A stretch of DNA of 64,000 nt from Octopus sinensis (lineage: Eukaryota): positions 37,634,001 through 37,698,000 of the forward strand of contig NC_043005.1 of NCBI RefSeq assembly GCF_006345805.1, read 5' to 3'. Under the pieces are notes generated by a model. It saw only the letters and a list, made by a program, of their open reading frames with translations, was not told the DNA's origin and did not search any database. The translations under genes were made by a program, and so were the position numbers. This document shows, one piece after another, positions 37,583 to 49,545 of the stretch; positions within the stretch are counted from its first letter, which is position 1; each line of letters opens with the position of its first letter.

Positions 37583-37890
37583 CATTATTTACATTTGACG
37601 GATATTTGCCCTCATCTTGTTTGTTAACACGTTTCAGCTGATATACCCTCCAGCTGATCTATCCTCGACTCATATACCATCTTGGGGAAATTTCAAACCT
37701 GGGTTCTCATTCCTAAAGTATTTTTCAATTTTATTACTATTACCATTATTCAGGTCACTGCCTGGAATCGAACTCGGAATCTTGGGGTTAGTAACCCACG
37801 CTTTTAACCACTACGCCATATGCCTGTGGGCAATTATGTAGTGAATTTTAGGGCTTATAACTCTAATATTTTCCTATCCTTCCTTAATGC
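37583..37890 (-). mobile_element. Second copy of the tRNA-containing Penelope-like element
   Basis: Minus strand: tggcgtagtggtt (A box), gagttcgattcc (B box), (aat)-rich linker, gagaacccaggtt..atttccccaag..gctggagggtatatcagctgaaacgtgttaac..gtcaaatgtaaataatg. The hammerhead CUGANGA segment is replaced. Confidence 0.85.
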
Positions 37891-37902
37891 CGGTTCATAT
37901 CT

Positions 37903-39110
37903 AAGGCCAGCAATTTTAAGGGAAGTACAAGTGTTCAACTGGTACTTATTTTATTAACCTTGAAAGGAAGAAAGGCAGAGTTAACCTCAGTGGAATTTGA
38001 ATTCAGAACATAAAGATAGATGAAATGCTGCAAAGTATTTTTCCAGACATGCTAACAATGATGTTGATGATGATAATGGTTTCAAATTCTGGCCTAAGGC
38101 CAGCAGTTTTAAGGGAAAGTACAAGTGTTCAACTGGTAAGGAACCTTGAAAGGAAGAAAGGCAAAGTTGACCTCAGTGGATTTTGAAATCTTTAAATATA
38201 TAATAATATTGATTTAAAATTTTGGCACAATGCCGGCAATTTCGGGGGAGGGGTCAGTCGATTACATGAACCCTATTTTTTTAACTGGTACTTATTTTAT
38301 CAACTCTGAAAAGATGAAAGGCAAAGTCAACCTCAGTGGAATTTGACCTCAGAATGTAAAGACAAACGAAATGCCCCTAAGCATTTTGCCCAACATGCTA
38401 CATCAGCGTTTATTTCTGATATTAGTTAATATTATGCCAGAATTGTGGCAGAATCATTACCACACCAGGCAAAATGCTTAGCAGCATTTTGTCCATCTTT
38501 ATGTTCTGAGTTCAAATTCCACTGAGGTTGATTTTGCTTTCATAATTTTGGGATTGATAAAATAAGTGCCAGTTGAACATTGGGGGTCAATGTAATTGAC
38601 TTACCCCTTCTTTCAAAATTGTCACTCTTGTGCCAAATATGAAACCATTATTATCATTATTAAGGATTTCAAATTCCACCAATGTTGACATTGCTTTTTA
38701 TTCTTTCAGGAATGTTAATTACATCAACCTCAGTTAGGCGTTATGGTCAATGTAATTAGCTATCCCACTCTCACAAAAATATGTATAACAAAAGAATTTA
38801 AGACCTGTTAATAATAATTATTAATTAATCTGACATGGCTGTGTGGTAAGAAGCTTGCTTCACAACCACCTGGTTCCAGATTCAATTCCCACTACATGTC
38901 ACCTTGGGCAAGTGCCTTCTACAATAACTTCAGGCTGACCAAAATTGATAGCACACTGGACAAAATGCAAAGCAGTTTTTCATCCCATCTTTACATTCTG
39001 AGTTTAAATTCTGTCAAATTTGGCTTTACCTTTCATCTTTTCAGGGTTGATAAAATAAGATCTCCAAAATTACTGGCCTTGTGCCAAAATTTGAAGCCAA
39101 TATACAATAA
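37903..39110. repeat. Cluster of head-B SINEs (minus strand to ~38410, plus strand from ~38430) with a head-A fragment
   Basis: Repeated head-B body motifs in both orientations. Confidence 0.8.
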
Positions 39111-39204
39111 AACAATTAGAGTGAAAGGTTTTTCTGCTGCTTCTTGTATATACAACTCAGGAATATTATGATTGCCACTTCTTTACAGAAGAAGGCCATC
39201 TCTT

Positions 39205-39445
39205 CAATTAATAAATGCTGTCATGAGATCTTGAATGACTAGCAAGTCCTGCTCTTGACAAACAAACTCTACTGCAGATCTTACAAATATTTTCAAGCAG
39301 AAAAGTATATGGGATACGAAGTGCTCCCTTCAAGATAGATTGTTCAATTCTTCAAGCTTCAAATGCTTTACATCTATTGTGGATCATTTACTTCCAAACC
39401 GATTGATCTTGCGTCATCTGCCCCAAGTGTTCAACTTTCACATTA
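39205..39445 (-). mobile_element. RTE-clade LINE C-terminal fragment with C2H2 zinc finger
   Basis: QMTQDQSVWK*MIHNRCKAFEA*RIEQSILKGALR..CKICSRVCLSRAGLASHSRSH, matching the CxxCxRxCxSRxGLxSHxRxH terminus of RTE/RTE-X ORFs. Confidence 0.8.
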
Positions 39446-40400
39446 AGAGCTCAGGAATATATATATCTGTGTGTGTGTTTGTATCTGTGCCTTTTTGTGT
39501 GTGTGTGTGTATGTGAATATGAGTGGTAGATGAATAAATATATATTAACATATATATCAAGATTTGGATGATATGTACCAGAGGTTGGAAAATTTTCTCA
39601 TATGCTGTGAATTTGAGTTCTTGTCTTTGCAATATCATCTGTTCTCAGACAAGGATCTAACTTTCACTTCTCTCCAGTATAGCCATGAATCAAATATGCT
39701 ACTTCTCACTTTTGATGTATAAGCAAATATTAGGTTAAAAAGGGGATTCTTGTAAGAGAATTTCATAATTTTTAAGTGACTTCCTAGTGGTGACTTTAAG
39801 TGACTTCCTCTCTTTTAAAACATTTATGAAATTATATATACCACACTCATTAACATCATCATTACATCACTACAGATTGGTTTTATATGTTGGCATGGAT
39901 TCACCAGGTCAGAGGAGTGCATTTTCTTCTAATGTCTCCTTTTGGCATGGTTTTTATAGCTGGATGCTCTTCCTAACACCAACAACCTTGCATATCAATG
40001 TGCATTTTTCTCATGGCATTAGCACTAAATGTGCATTTTCCCATGGTACCAGCAGGACTAAAAGAGTACTATCAAGCCCTCACGTTGATAACCTACTGGC
40101 AACTGATGATAGAATTTCCTTGCTTATGCTAAATATGTCTTTCATTCTCTTGTCTGTGTCTCTGCTTGTTGCCACTGTAGCAAACAGGAGACAAAACTGT
40201 TGGCAATTCAACTGTTTCAAACTGGTGATTTCCAACAGGGATACAGTTTGTGTGATAATATGACAGTAAAAACTGTAGTATGACTTATTTGAAGAAAACT
40301 ATCTGTAGTGTTAGAGGAGCTGGACAATGGTTCAGGTGCTCCATTTCTAACCATGCTAACCATGTGTAACTCTACCCTTGCACTCTACCCACCCCTCTAA

Positions 40401-40532
40401 TCCACTGTCCATATTCTCTTTTATGCTTACCCTCTTGTAACTTGAGAGTTTGCTCTGGCACCCCTTTGATCCACTATCCATATCTTCTTTTATGCTTACT
40501 CTCTTGTACCTTGGGAGTTTGCTCTGGCACCC
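40401..40532. repeat. Tandem duplication, 63-bp unit, 69-bp period
   Basis: tccactRtccatat..ttttatgcttacYctcttgta..ttgRgagtttgctctggcaccc at 40401 and 40470. Confidence 0.92.
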
Positions 40533-41559
40533 AACCACTACCAGCTTTATGTTCTTCCCTGCTACTTTCACCTACCCTTTTATAATACAGGGTAGACATG
40601 TATCTCCTCAATAGTACAGGCATCTGAGCTCATTTGTCTATCATATTTTATCCTCTTAACATTTAGCCTAAAGCCACCATGCCACTCTCAAATATTCCCC
40701 AATTTTAATCAAGTGAGATGGATTTTTTCCTACTTCTTTTGGTGTCTTACAAGCTCCTTAGCAACCTCACTATTGTCAGTGGAATGAAAAAGAAAAACAG
40801 TCAGTACACACTGTAGATTGGTTGCCATTAGGAAGGGCATCCACCTATAGCAATCATGCCAAAGCTAGCATTGGTGTTTGCAGCAGACTTGAGGTTTGCC
40901 AGAGTCTGTCAAACTGATATCAAATGCTACTGCTGCTGCTGCTGATGAACTAAATAAGATTTGATAATGGTCATTTATATTCTACCACCAATGGTACCGT
41001 TACCAATACTACAAAGCCACATATAAGACTCTGTTACCAATGTTACCAGACCTGACTATTTCTGTCCCTGCTAACACCCACTATCACCACCACCAGCAAC
41101 AACAGAAACAACCCTATCACATAGCTCATATGTAGGGCCAATACCACTACTTACTCCTTTAGGTGTGACAGAAGATGACTTAAAACAGAATCTTTGTTTA
41201 TGAAAGAAGACTTACAAAAATAAAGAAAAAAGAAAGATGGGGAGGGGAGAAAAAGGAGAGGGAAGAAAATTAAATGAAAGCAGAGACATTTCTTGACCCT
41301 GAATTACATGACTTTAGAGAGCCATACAATTATGGCTAATGCCAAGAATTATTGATCTCCAATAACTTCCCAAAAGTTCTTTGATTTTGTTATGTGAAGC
41401 AGTTTATGAGAGAATCAGCAGTGAATTGAAGCAGGAAAAATTAACTTATATTAACTTATATCCTCATAAGCCATTTTGAAAGAAATATTCATTTTATTAC
41501 AGCCATTCATTTCAATCTTGATTGGCTATTGATCAGTTTAGAAAAAGATGGTGTATAAG

Positions 41560-41594
<35 letters not shown>

Positions 41595-41743
41595 CAGATA
41601 GATCGTTTGAGAGAAAGAGAGAGAGACTATAAACTAGAGAGAGGTTCATAGAGAAGGAGTAAAAACATGAGACAAGAAAAGCAATGTGTGTATGCCTTAT
41701 ATATATATATATTTGTGTGTGTGTATATATGTATATATATATG

Positions 41744-41774
<31 letters not shown>

Positions 41775-41921
41775 GTCTCTGTGTGTGTGAGTATGTATAT
41801 AAATGTATACATGTGTTTGTGTATACATATATTTCTATACATATATGCACAAACATAGAGGTATGCATATATATATGTATACACATATATACTTTGTACA
41901 TATGTATGCATACATACATAC

Positions 41922-41963
<42 letters not shown>

Positions 41964-42899
41964 ATATACATACATATGTGCATATGCACATAAGAATATA
42001 CGTGTGTGTGTGTGTACGTGTGTGTGTGTGTGCAAAGAGAGTGGTTAGAGATAAGGAGAGATGCAGGCAGAGACAGACGATGTCTGAAGATAATAAGACA
42101 AACATGAACACAAAGAGAAATTTTACTGTTAGAGAAAGTAAGAAAAAGTAACATGGACAGACAGAAGTAAAGAAGAATAAATAAACATGATGATACATTG
42201 TTACAGAGAGACAGGGTGGATGGGGGAGGGAACATTTAGAGTGAAGGGACAGACAATTGTGAGTGTCATGTGAATAGACACATTAATAATTAAATATCAT
42301 GAAAGTATGTTCGGTGCCTAGCAGTGGAAGTCTGCTGCTTATGAAAACTATAATACCCTGGGTATGACAAGAGTGTAATTATTATTTCCTTTAATATGAA
42401 TATATTAGTAGTACTAAATTGGTTGGCTTTTGAGACTACTTGGTCATTTTGTTAATCCTTTGATTTTGATTTTAAAAAATCAGGTTATTCTAGTCTATCT
42501 ATCAGAAAAGGAATACTGAGTCTTGGTGCAGCTCTATGCCCTGCCAGTTCATATCTTTGCACATTGCAGGATGAAAAGGTAGAAGATTCAAGAGAGTGAC
42601 CTGGTTTTCTGGTGACGACACAAGCACCTACAACAATTTCTGAAAGCATGGTACATGTTATTATGCCATACTCACTCGTGCATGACAGCTGGTTTTGAAA
42701 ATCAGGCAGGTAATTTTGAGTGAATCACATGAAATGAAGAAGGTACATAAATAAGAATGGCGGCTTTAGTTTGTTAGGCTGCATGTCGTAATAATGGTAG
42801 AAGATACAAAGAACATATTTGGGTTGTCTGTGAGTTTGTTGTTCAAAACTGTTCGTGAATAAAGGTTGACTCAAAAATTGATTAACTGGTATTTTTCAC

Positions 42900-43265
42900 T
42901 TGTATCAGTCATTGGGCTGTGGCCATATTGGGGCACTGCATTGGAGAATTTTTTAGTCAAATGAATCATCACCAGTATTTTGTTTTAAGCCTTCTTCTAT
43001 CAGTCTCTTTTGCTGAACCACTAGGTTACGGATATGTAAACACACCAGCATTAGTCGTCAAACAGTAATGGGGGACAAACACAGACTCAAAGAAACACCC
43101 CCACACACACACAGATTATGAGCTTCTTTCAATTTCTGTCTACTAAATTTCCTCACAAGGCTTTGGTCAGTGCAAGGCTATAATAGAAGACACTTGCCAA
43201 AAGTGTCACACAGTGTGACTGAACCCAGAACTATGTGGTTGGGAAGCAAGCTTCTTACTACACTC
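42900..43265 (-). mobile_element. Head-A SINE, tail 1
   Basis: Reverse complement of the 11414-11838 element, diverged. Confidence 0.82.
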
Positions 43266-44046
43266 ATTTTTTTTTATGTTTTCCAAAATGTTTGACAAAA
43301 AGCAGCTATAGGACTCCCAATATAAATAGAGGCTATACTTGTGTCTGTCTGTTTGTTATTGAAGTATTTTCTGGTCCCAAAGTGAACACTAACATTTGAG
43401 AAACCATTCTGGCTGTTTGATTGATTCTTGGTTCCACAAAAGGTCATCAGAAATTGTAAGGCCTTGCATTTGTCAAGTTTGTAAAGATTTTAGTTGTATG
43501 TCACTCAAGAATAAGGAATGTGTTGTCTTGAAGGTGTGTTCCCTCAGTATTTGAATTGATCATTTTGTGCTCTTAAATATGATTAGCTTGTGATTTCTGT
43601 TTAAAGAGTTTTTGTTTGTAGAAGTAGTATGTCTGGCATCAGGTGTTTTCGTGGCTTTTAGATGACAACTATGTGGCAATGGTTTGTAAGGAATGGAGTG
43701 CCCTTTATTTCTATGATTGGTATAGGAATATGTGTGTGTGTGTGTTTTGAAATGATAGCAACAAAATTATAATGAAGTGACAGTAATTCTAATTATTATT
43801 AGAATTTGAGACACAAAACTGGTAGAATTGTTATAACTTTGGCAAAATGCCTTGCAATATTTGTTATTGCTATTTTACATTCAGAGTTCAAATCTTATCA
43901 GGTTTAACTTTATTTATGATCTTTTCAGGGTTGATAAAACAAGGCATAGGTCAAGAACTAGGGTTTGTGCTATTGACAAATCCCTCCAAATTGTGCCTGA
44001 ATTAGGAGCATCCTCATCATAATTATATACATGTATGTATGTATAT

Positions 44047-44081
<35 letters not shown>

Positions 44082-44091
44082 ATTTATTTAT

Positions 44092-44380
44092 GCACTAGCC
44101 AGGCTCATGGGCCCGGTTTCCCAGTTTCTATGACATATGTGTTCCACCCAGCTGGACAGGATGCCAGTCCATCGCAGCATTACTCAAGAAACAGGAAGAA
44201 AGAGTGAGAGAAGTTGGGGCAAAAGAGTACAACAGGGGTTGCTACCCCCCACCCCTGCTGGAGCCTTGTGGAATTTGGGTGTTTTCGCTCAATAAACACA
44301 CACAATGCCCGGTCTGGGAATCGAAACTGTAATCCTCCAACCGCGAGTCCGCTGCCCTAGCCACTCAGCCATTGTGCCTC

Positions 44381-44381
<1 letters not shown>
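44092..44381 (-). mobile_element. tRNA-derived SINE, head C with its own 3' module
   Basis: Minus strand: tggctgagtggctagggcagcggactcgcgg..gtttcgattcccagaccggg..gatggactggcatcctgtccagctggg..gaaaccgggcccatgagcc. Confidence 0.85.
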
Positions 44382-44411
<30 letters not shown>

Positions 44412-45274
44412 GATAAAGACACCCTTTGTTCATGAATGATCATGGGATTGCACATAGAAAGTTCCCCTCCCAGTCAGAAGTCCAGGCAAGGTTGTTTATG
44501 GAACACCAGCAGTTGCCCATGCATACCAGCCTCCCCTCTCCATGCGACTAATATTATCCAAGGGAAAGGCAAAGGCCAATACAGCTTGGCACCAGTGATG
44601 TCAACTCATTTCTAGAGCAGAGTGAACTGGAGCAAATGAAATAAAATGTCTTTAACTACTAAGCCATGCAGGAGGAGCAGGAACTAATAAAATTTATTCA
44701 CCATGAATTATACATCCTATGAATTCACAGACCCAGTCGTCAGTGATGAGACAATACTAATAAGAAAAATGACTATTTACTGATCAGGTGTCTCGTCTGA
44801 ACTAACAATATCAAGACGTCTGTATTTTTACAAAGGAGAAAACAAATTTAAAATAAAATATAAAATAGTACTGAGACTTTAAAATATAAATTAAAACATA
44901 TATGTGTATAGAAAATTACATATTTCATTTCATACCTTAATACCTTCAACTGACTTTGCAAATTGTTTGATATGAGAACTAGCATATATTTTTTTCTTTT
45001 TTTTAATGCAATTACTCTTAGAGAAAACGAAATGTAATTTTCTTTGCTGCTTTCCGCCACCAACATCACCATAACTGTTTTATGGTTTCTTTTTAATTAA
45101 TTAAGTTTGTTTTTTTTTTTAATTTTCAAACATTAAATAAATAAATATATAAATAAAGAAGAGAAATAGTTAGCGTGGGATGGAGAGTGGGGGTAAGATG
45201 AATGTGGCAAGGGTAACAGAAGTGAAAAGAATTTTTGATCAGTGATCACTGAAACCATTATTATTATTATTATA

Positions 45275-45337
<63 letters not shown>

Positions 45338-45477
45338 GTTCATTGCTAACTTTATTGTATTCCTCTTCATTTAATAATTTTTTTTTATATTGAAATATTT
45401 TCTTTTTTTTATATATTCAAGAAAAAGTGGGAGAAGAGTACACGCATACATATGCATACATGCACACACATATATAA

Positions 45478-45512
<35 letters not shown>

Positions 45513-47699
45513 GATGAAATATCAGTGTGAATATTTATCTTAATTTTTTTTCTTGAAATTAATTGTTGTTGCTGTTCTTTTGTATTCAAAATAGATTCTT
45601 AACAATTCAGCAACATGCAAAAGTATAAAAAATAAAAATAATATGAAAAAAAAAATGTATACATGTGTGCATGTGTATGTGCTTGTGTGTGTGTGTGTGT
45701 GTGTATGTGTGAACAAGCATGCATATGTAATACAATGTGGATAGTAATAGTGTGAGTATGAAGAAAGCTTTCTATCATTTTGGCTGTTGATTGCTCATGT
45801 CAATATTTTTCCATTTCTTTTGTAGTTCTATAGCTAAGCTCTGCTACAATTCCAGACAACTCTGTTTTGTGAATCTCGTCGTCGTTGTTGTTGTCGTTGT
45901 TGCTGTTGCTGTTGTTTTTGTTGCTGTTGTAATTGTTGTTGTGATTGTTGCTTTTCATTTCTGGCTTGTTTTGTATTTTGTGGGTGTTACAGGTTTTTGA
46001 CTCTGTTGCAGCTATGCTTTCACACAAGGGCTTTAGAATTTTAAGTTGGATTAAAAGATCTAAAAGGTTTTTATTTTTTGTTTTTATTTTTTGTTTTGTC
46101 TTTTTGATTTTTAGAAGCCCTTGTTAAGATGTGCAGACTTCAATCGAACCATACATTACATTGTTGTATCCCTTATAATATTCAAATAAGACCCTTTCAT
46201 CATCGATTTGACAATCTTTGTTCTTTTGTGTCACTCACCACAATCATATATGCATTACATGCATACACATACATGAGACGGTGGTTGTGTTTATGTATAT
46301 ACACACTTTAAAAGTATGTATTTATACAGACATGCAGATGCATATGCATGCCTGCATACCCACACACATATGTAAATGTGTGTGCATGTGTATGTGTGTG
46401 TGTGTGTACATATACAAAAACATATGTACATAAATGCATATATACCTATGTGAGTGTATGTATATCATCATTGCTTTAATGCCCAGTTTTCTTGCATGGG
46501 TCAGATGGAATTTGATGAGGCAGATTTCCTGGGGCCAAGTGTCCTTCCTGACACTAACCCTTACCCATCACAAGGAAATGAATGGCATTACTTGTGTAAC
46601 AGTAATGCTCATTTACAATTATCACAATGTACCAAGAAAAGGATACCCCCATGCCCAATATATATATATATATATATATATCAGTAATTATTCCTCCTGC
46701 TAAGGCCTCTCCTTATTGACATTCATCACTCCTACTCCTCTTTTTCCTCTCATTCATTCAATCCTACTACTGGTTTCAGATTTTTGCACAAGGCCAGCAA
46801 TTTCAGGGGAGTGATTACAATAACATCAGTACTCAACTAGTACTTTATCTTTTTGACCCTGAAAGGATGAAAGCCAAAGTTGACCCAGGCAGAATTTGAA
46901 CTCAGAATGTAAAAGACAGACAAAATGTCACTAAGCCTTTTTTCCTGGTGTGCAAATGATTCTGCCAGCTCACTGCCTTATTCAATCCTATTATCTATAA
47001 CAACAGAAATAAAGAAGTTTTATTAAGCATACAGTGAACTTTTTATTACTTTCTCTTAAAGGAGAAACAAGGATTAATTATTATGATATTTGTAGCTTTC
47101 CCAGGACTCCCAAGATTGTTGTGGATCCGGGCCAACCATAACTCCACTTGAAAATCTATAGGAAAACTAGGAGTTAAAGAGAACTGAAGAAAGGAGTGTT
47201 TGTGTTCTTGTGACAAGATGAATGCCTAAAGCAATTAGAGAAAGCATAGTATGTGTTACCAAGTTACAGCTTGGTAACATGTACCAAACTGGTAACATGT
47301 ACCACTTTTACAAGTTGAACACTAGCTTTCTGAGCACTGTCATTCTCAAAGCATGTTTACACTTTGGCCTTCCTGCAAGTAATGTTACACAGTTGACAGA
47401 TGATGTTCAGTGTATTTTCCTCCAACACTGTCTTGCTGCTATAAACCATCACTCTTTTAATACATGATTTATATAATGTATAAAAATAAAAAATAAACCA
47501 TTATCATCATCATTATAACATCGCTTTTCCATACTTGCATGGGTCAGACAGAAATTGTTGAGGTATATTTTCTAGGTCCAGATGCCCTTCTTGTCATCAA
47601 CTCTCACTTGTTTCCAAGGATGGTAATATTTCCTTGAGACTGGGCCTAATTTCACAGATAGTTGTAAGTGAATGACACAGTTTGTATGATGGTGAACCT

Positions 47700-48035
47700 T
47701 GTTTACATTCTTTTAAGGTCGATAAAATAAGTACCAGCTGAGCACTGGGGGTCGATCTATTTGACTTAGCCTCCTCCCCCAAAATTTCAGGCCTTCTGCC
47801 TTTAGTAGAAAGGATTATTATTATCATTATTATTATCATTAGCATGCCGAGGGAAATGCTTAGAAGTATTTTGTGTCTCTTCATGTTCTGAGTTCAAATT
47901 CTGCCAAGGTGGAATTTGTCTTTCATCCTTTTGGGTTTGGTAAAATAAGTACCAGATGAGTACTGGAGCCAATGTAATCAACTTAGCCTCTCCCCCAAAT
48001 TTCAGGCCTTGTGCCTATAGTATAACAAATTATTA

Positions 48036-48081
<46 letters not shown>

Positions 48082-48500
48082 GATTATTATTAATGCAGTG
48101 TGTTATCAGAATTATGAGCATGTTGGACGAAATGCTTAATGATTAGCATTTTACCCATCTATACATTCTGAGTTTAAATTCCGCTGAGGTCGACTTTACC
48201 TTTCATCCTTGCGTGGTCAATAATATAAGTACCAGTTGAATACTGGGGTCAATATAACTGACTTAGCTTCTTCTCCCAAATTTCTGGACTTGTGCCAAAA
48301 TTTGAATCCATTATTATTATCATTATAGTGGCATTTGTCTACCACTATATTCTGCCAAGGTTGACTTTGCCTTTCATCCTTTTGGGGTTGATTAATTAAG
48401 TACCAGTGAAACACTGGGGTTGATGTAATCAACTATCCCCACTCCCCTAAATTTCAAGCCTTGTACATTTACTAGAAAGGATTATTATTATTATTATCAT
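47700..48500 (+). repeat. Second head-to-tail array of head-B SINEs with (ATT)n spacers
   Basis: Units at ~47706 (3' part), ~47840, ~48095 and ~48330. Confidence 0.85.
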
Positions 48501-49131
48501 CATCACCCTCATACCATCATCACTATCAACATCATCAGCATCTTCTGTGATACATATCCTCATATACCCTGCTATACTCTTCTACCTTCTTTTCTATTGT
48601 AACATCCCTTCTGCCCAATAAGCTCTGCTACTTCTTCACTACCTTATAGTCATATGTACTTTTTCTTCTATTATTCCCTGTCCTATTTAAACACACTCCT
48701 ACTACTACTACTACTACTACTACTATGATCTCATCCTGCCTTCTACCCTTCTACATTATTGCAACCTATTCTCTTACCTTAAGTTCCCTAATGCTTTACT
48801 ACCTCATATTCCTTATTTCCTATTATTTATCTCTCTCACTTGACATTCATAAATCTGAAATTTATTCCACCCCAAACATAAATTCTGTGTTGTTGTTGTT
48901 GTTGTTGTCTTATTGTCGTTGTTTTTGTGTTTTGTTTTTCTTTTTTCTTTTGTTTCTTTTTTTTTTTTTGGTTTCTATGCAATGCCTTTTACAGATCTAC
49001 ATATAGATCAATGAATTCCATTATGGCAGCTATTCTAGAATGGAAAGTTAAATGAGGTCTTGATTGCATCTATTTGTAGGCTGCAACAAATTAAAACACT
49101 TCCTCAAGAGTACCAATATACATGTGTGTGT

Positions 49132-49365
49132 GAGTATGTATATATGTATATGTGAGTTACACTGTTTGCGTGTATGTGTGTATGCTTGTGGCTGGGTATG
49201 TCTGTGTATTTGTATATGTATTTGCACGTGTTTTTGTGTGTGTGTGCATGTGTGGGAGTATGTATATATGTATATGTGAGTTACACTGTTTGCGTGGATG
49301 TATGTGTGCTTGTGGCTGGGTATGTCTGTGTATTCGCATATGCTTTTGTATATGTGTGCATGTAT
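49132..49365. repeat. Tandem duplication, ~124-bp period
   Basis: gagtatgtatatatgtatatgtgagttacactgtttgcgtg..gcttgtggctgggtatgtctgtgtatt at 49132 and 49256. Confidence 0.92.
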
Positions 49366-49514
49366 GTGTGTTGATAAATATAGTAATAGTTTCATTTGTG
49401 CATGTACATATGTATATGTGTGCATATACATGTATATGTATATATGTGTGTGTCTAGGTATGTAAATATGTGTGTTATGAGAGAGATAGAGACACATGTA
49501 CATATAACAAACAC

Positions 49515-49545
<31 letters not shown>

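Noticed and set aside
45830-45990. Minus-strand poly-Gln-like frame (KQQSQQQLQQQQ..RRRDSQNR)
   Set aside because: It is bounded by in-frame stops on both sides with no credible acceptor or donor, so it is treated as a degenerate (CAA)n tract.
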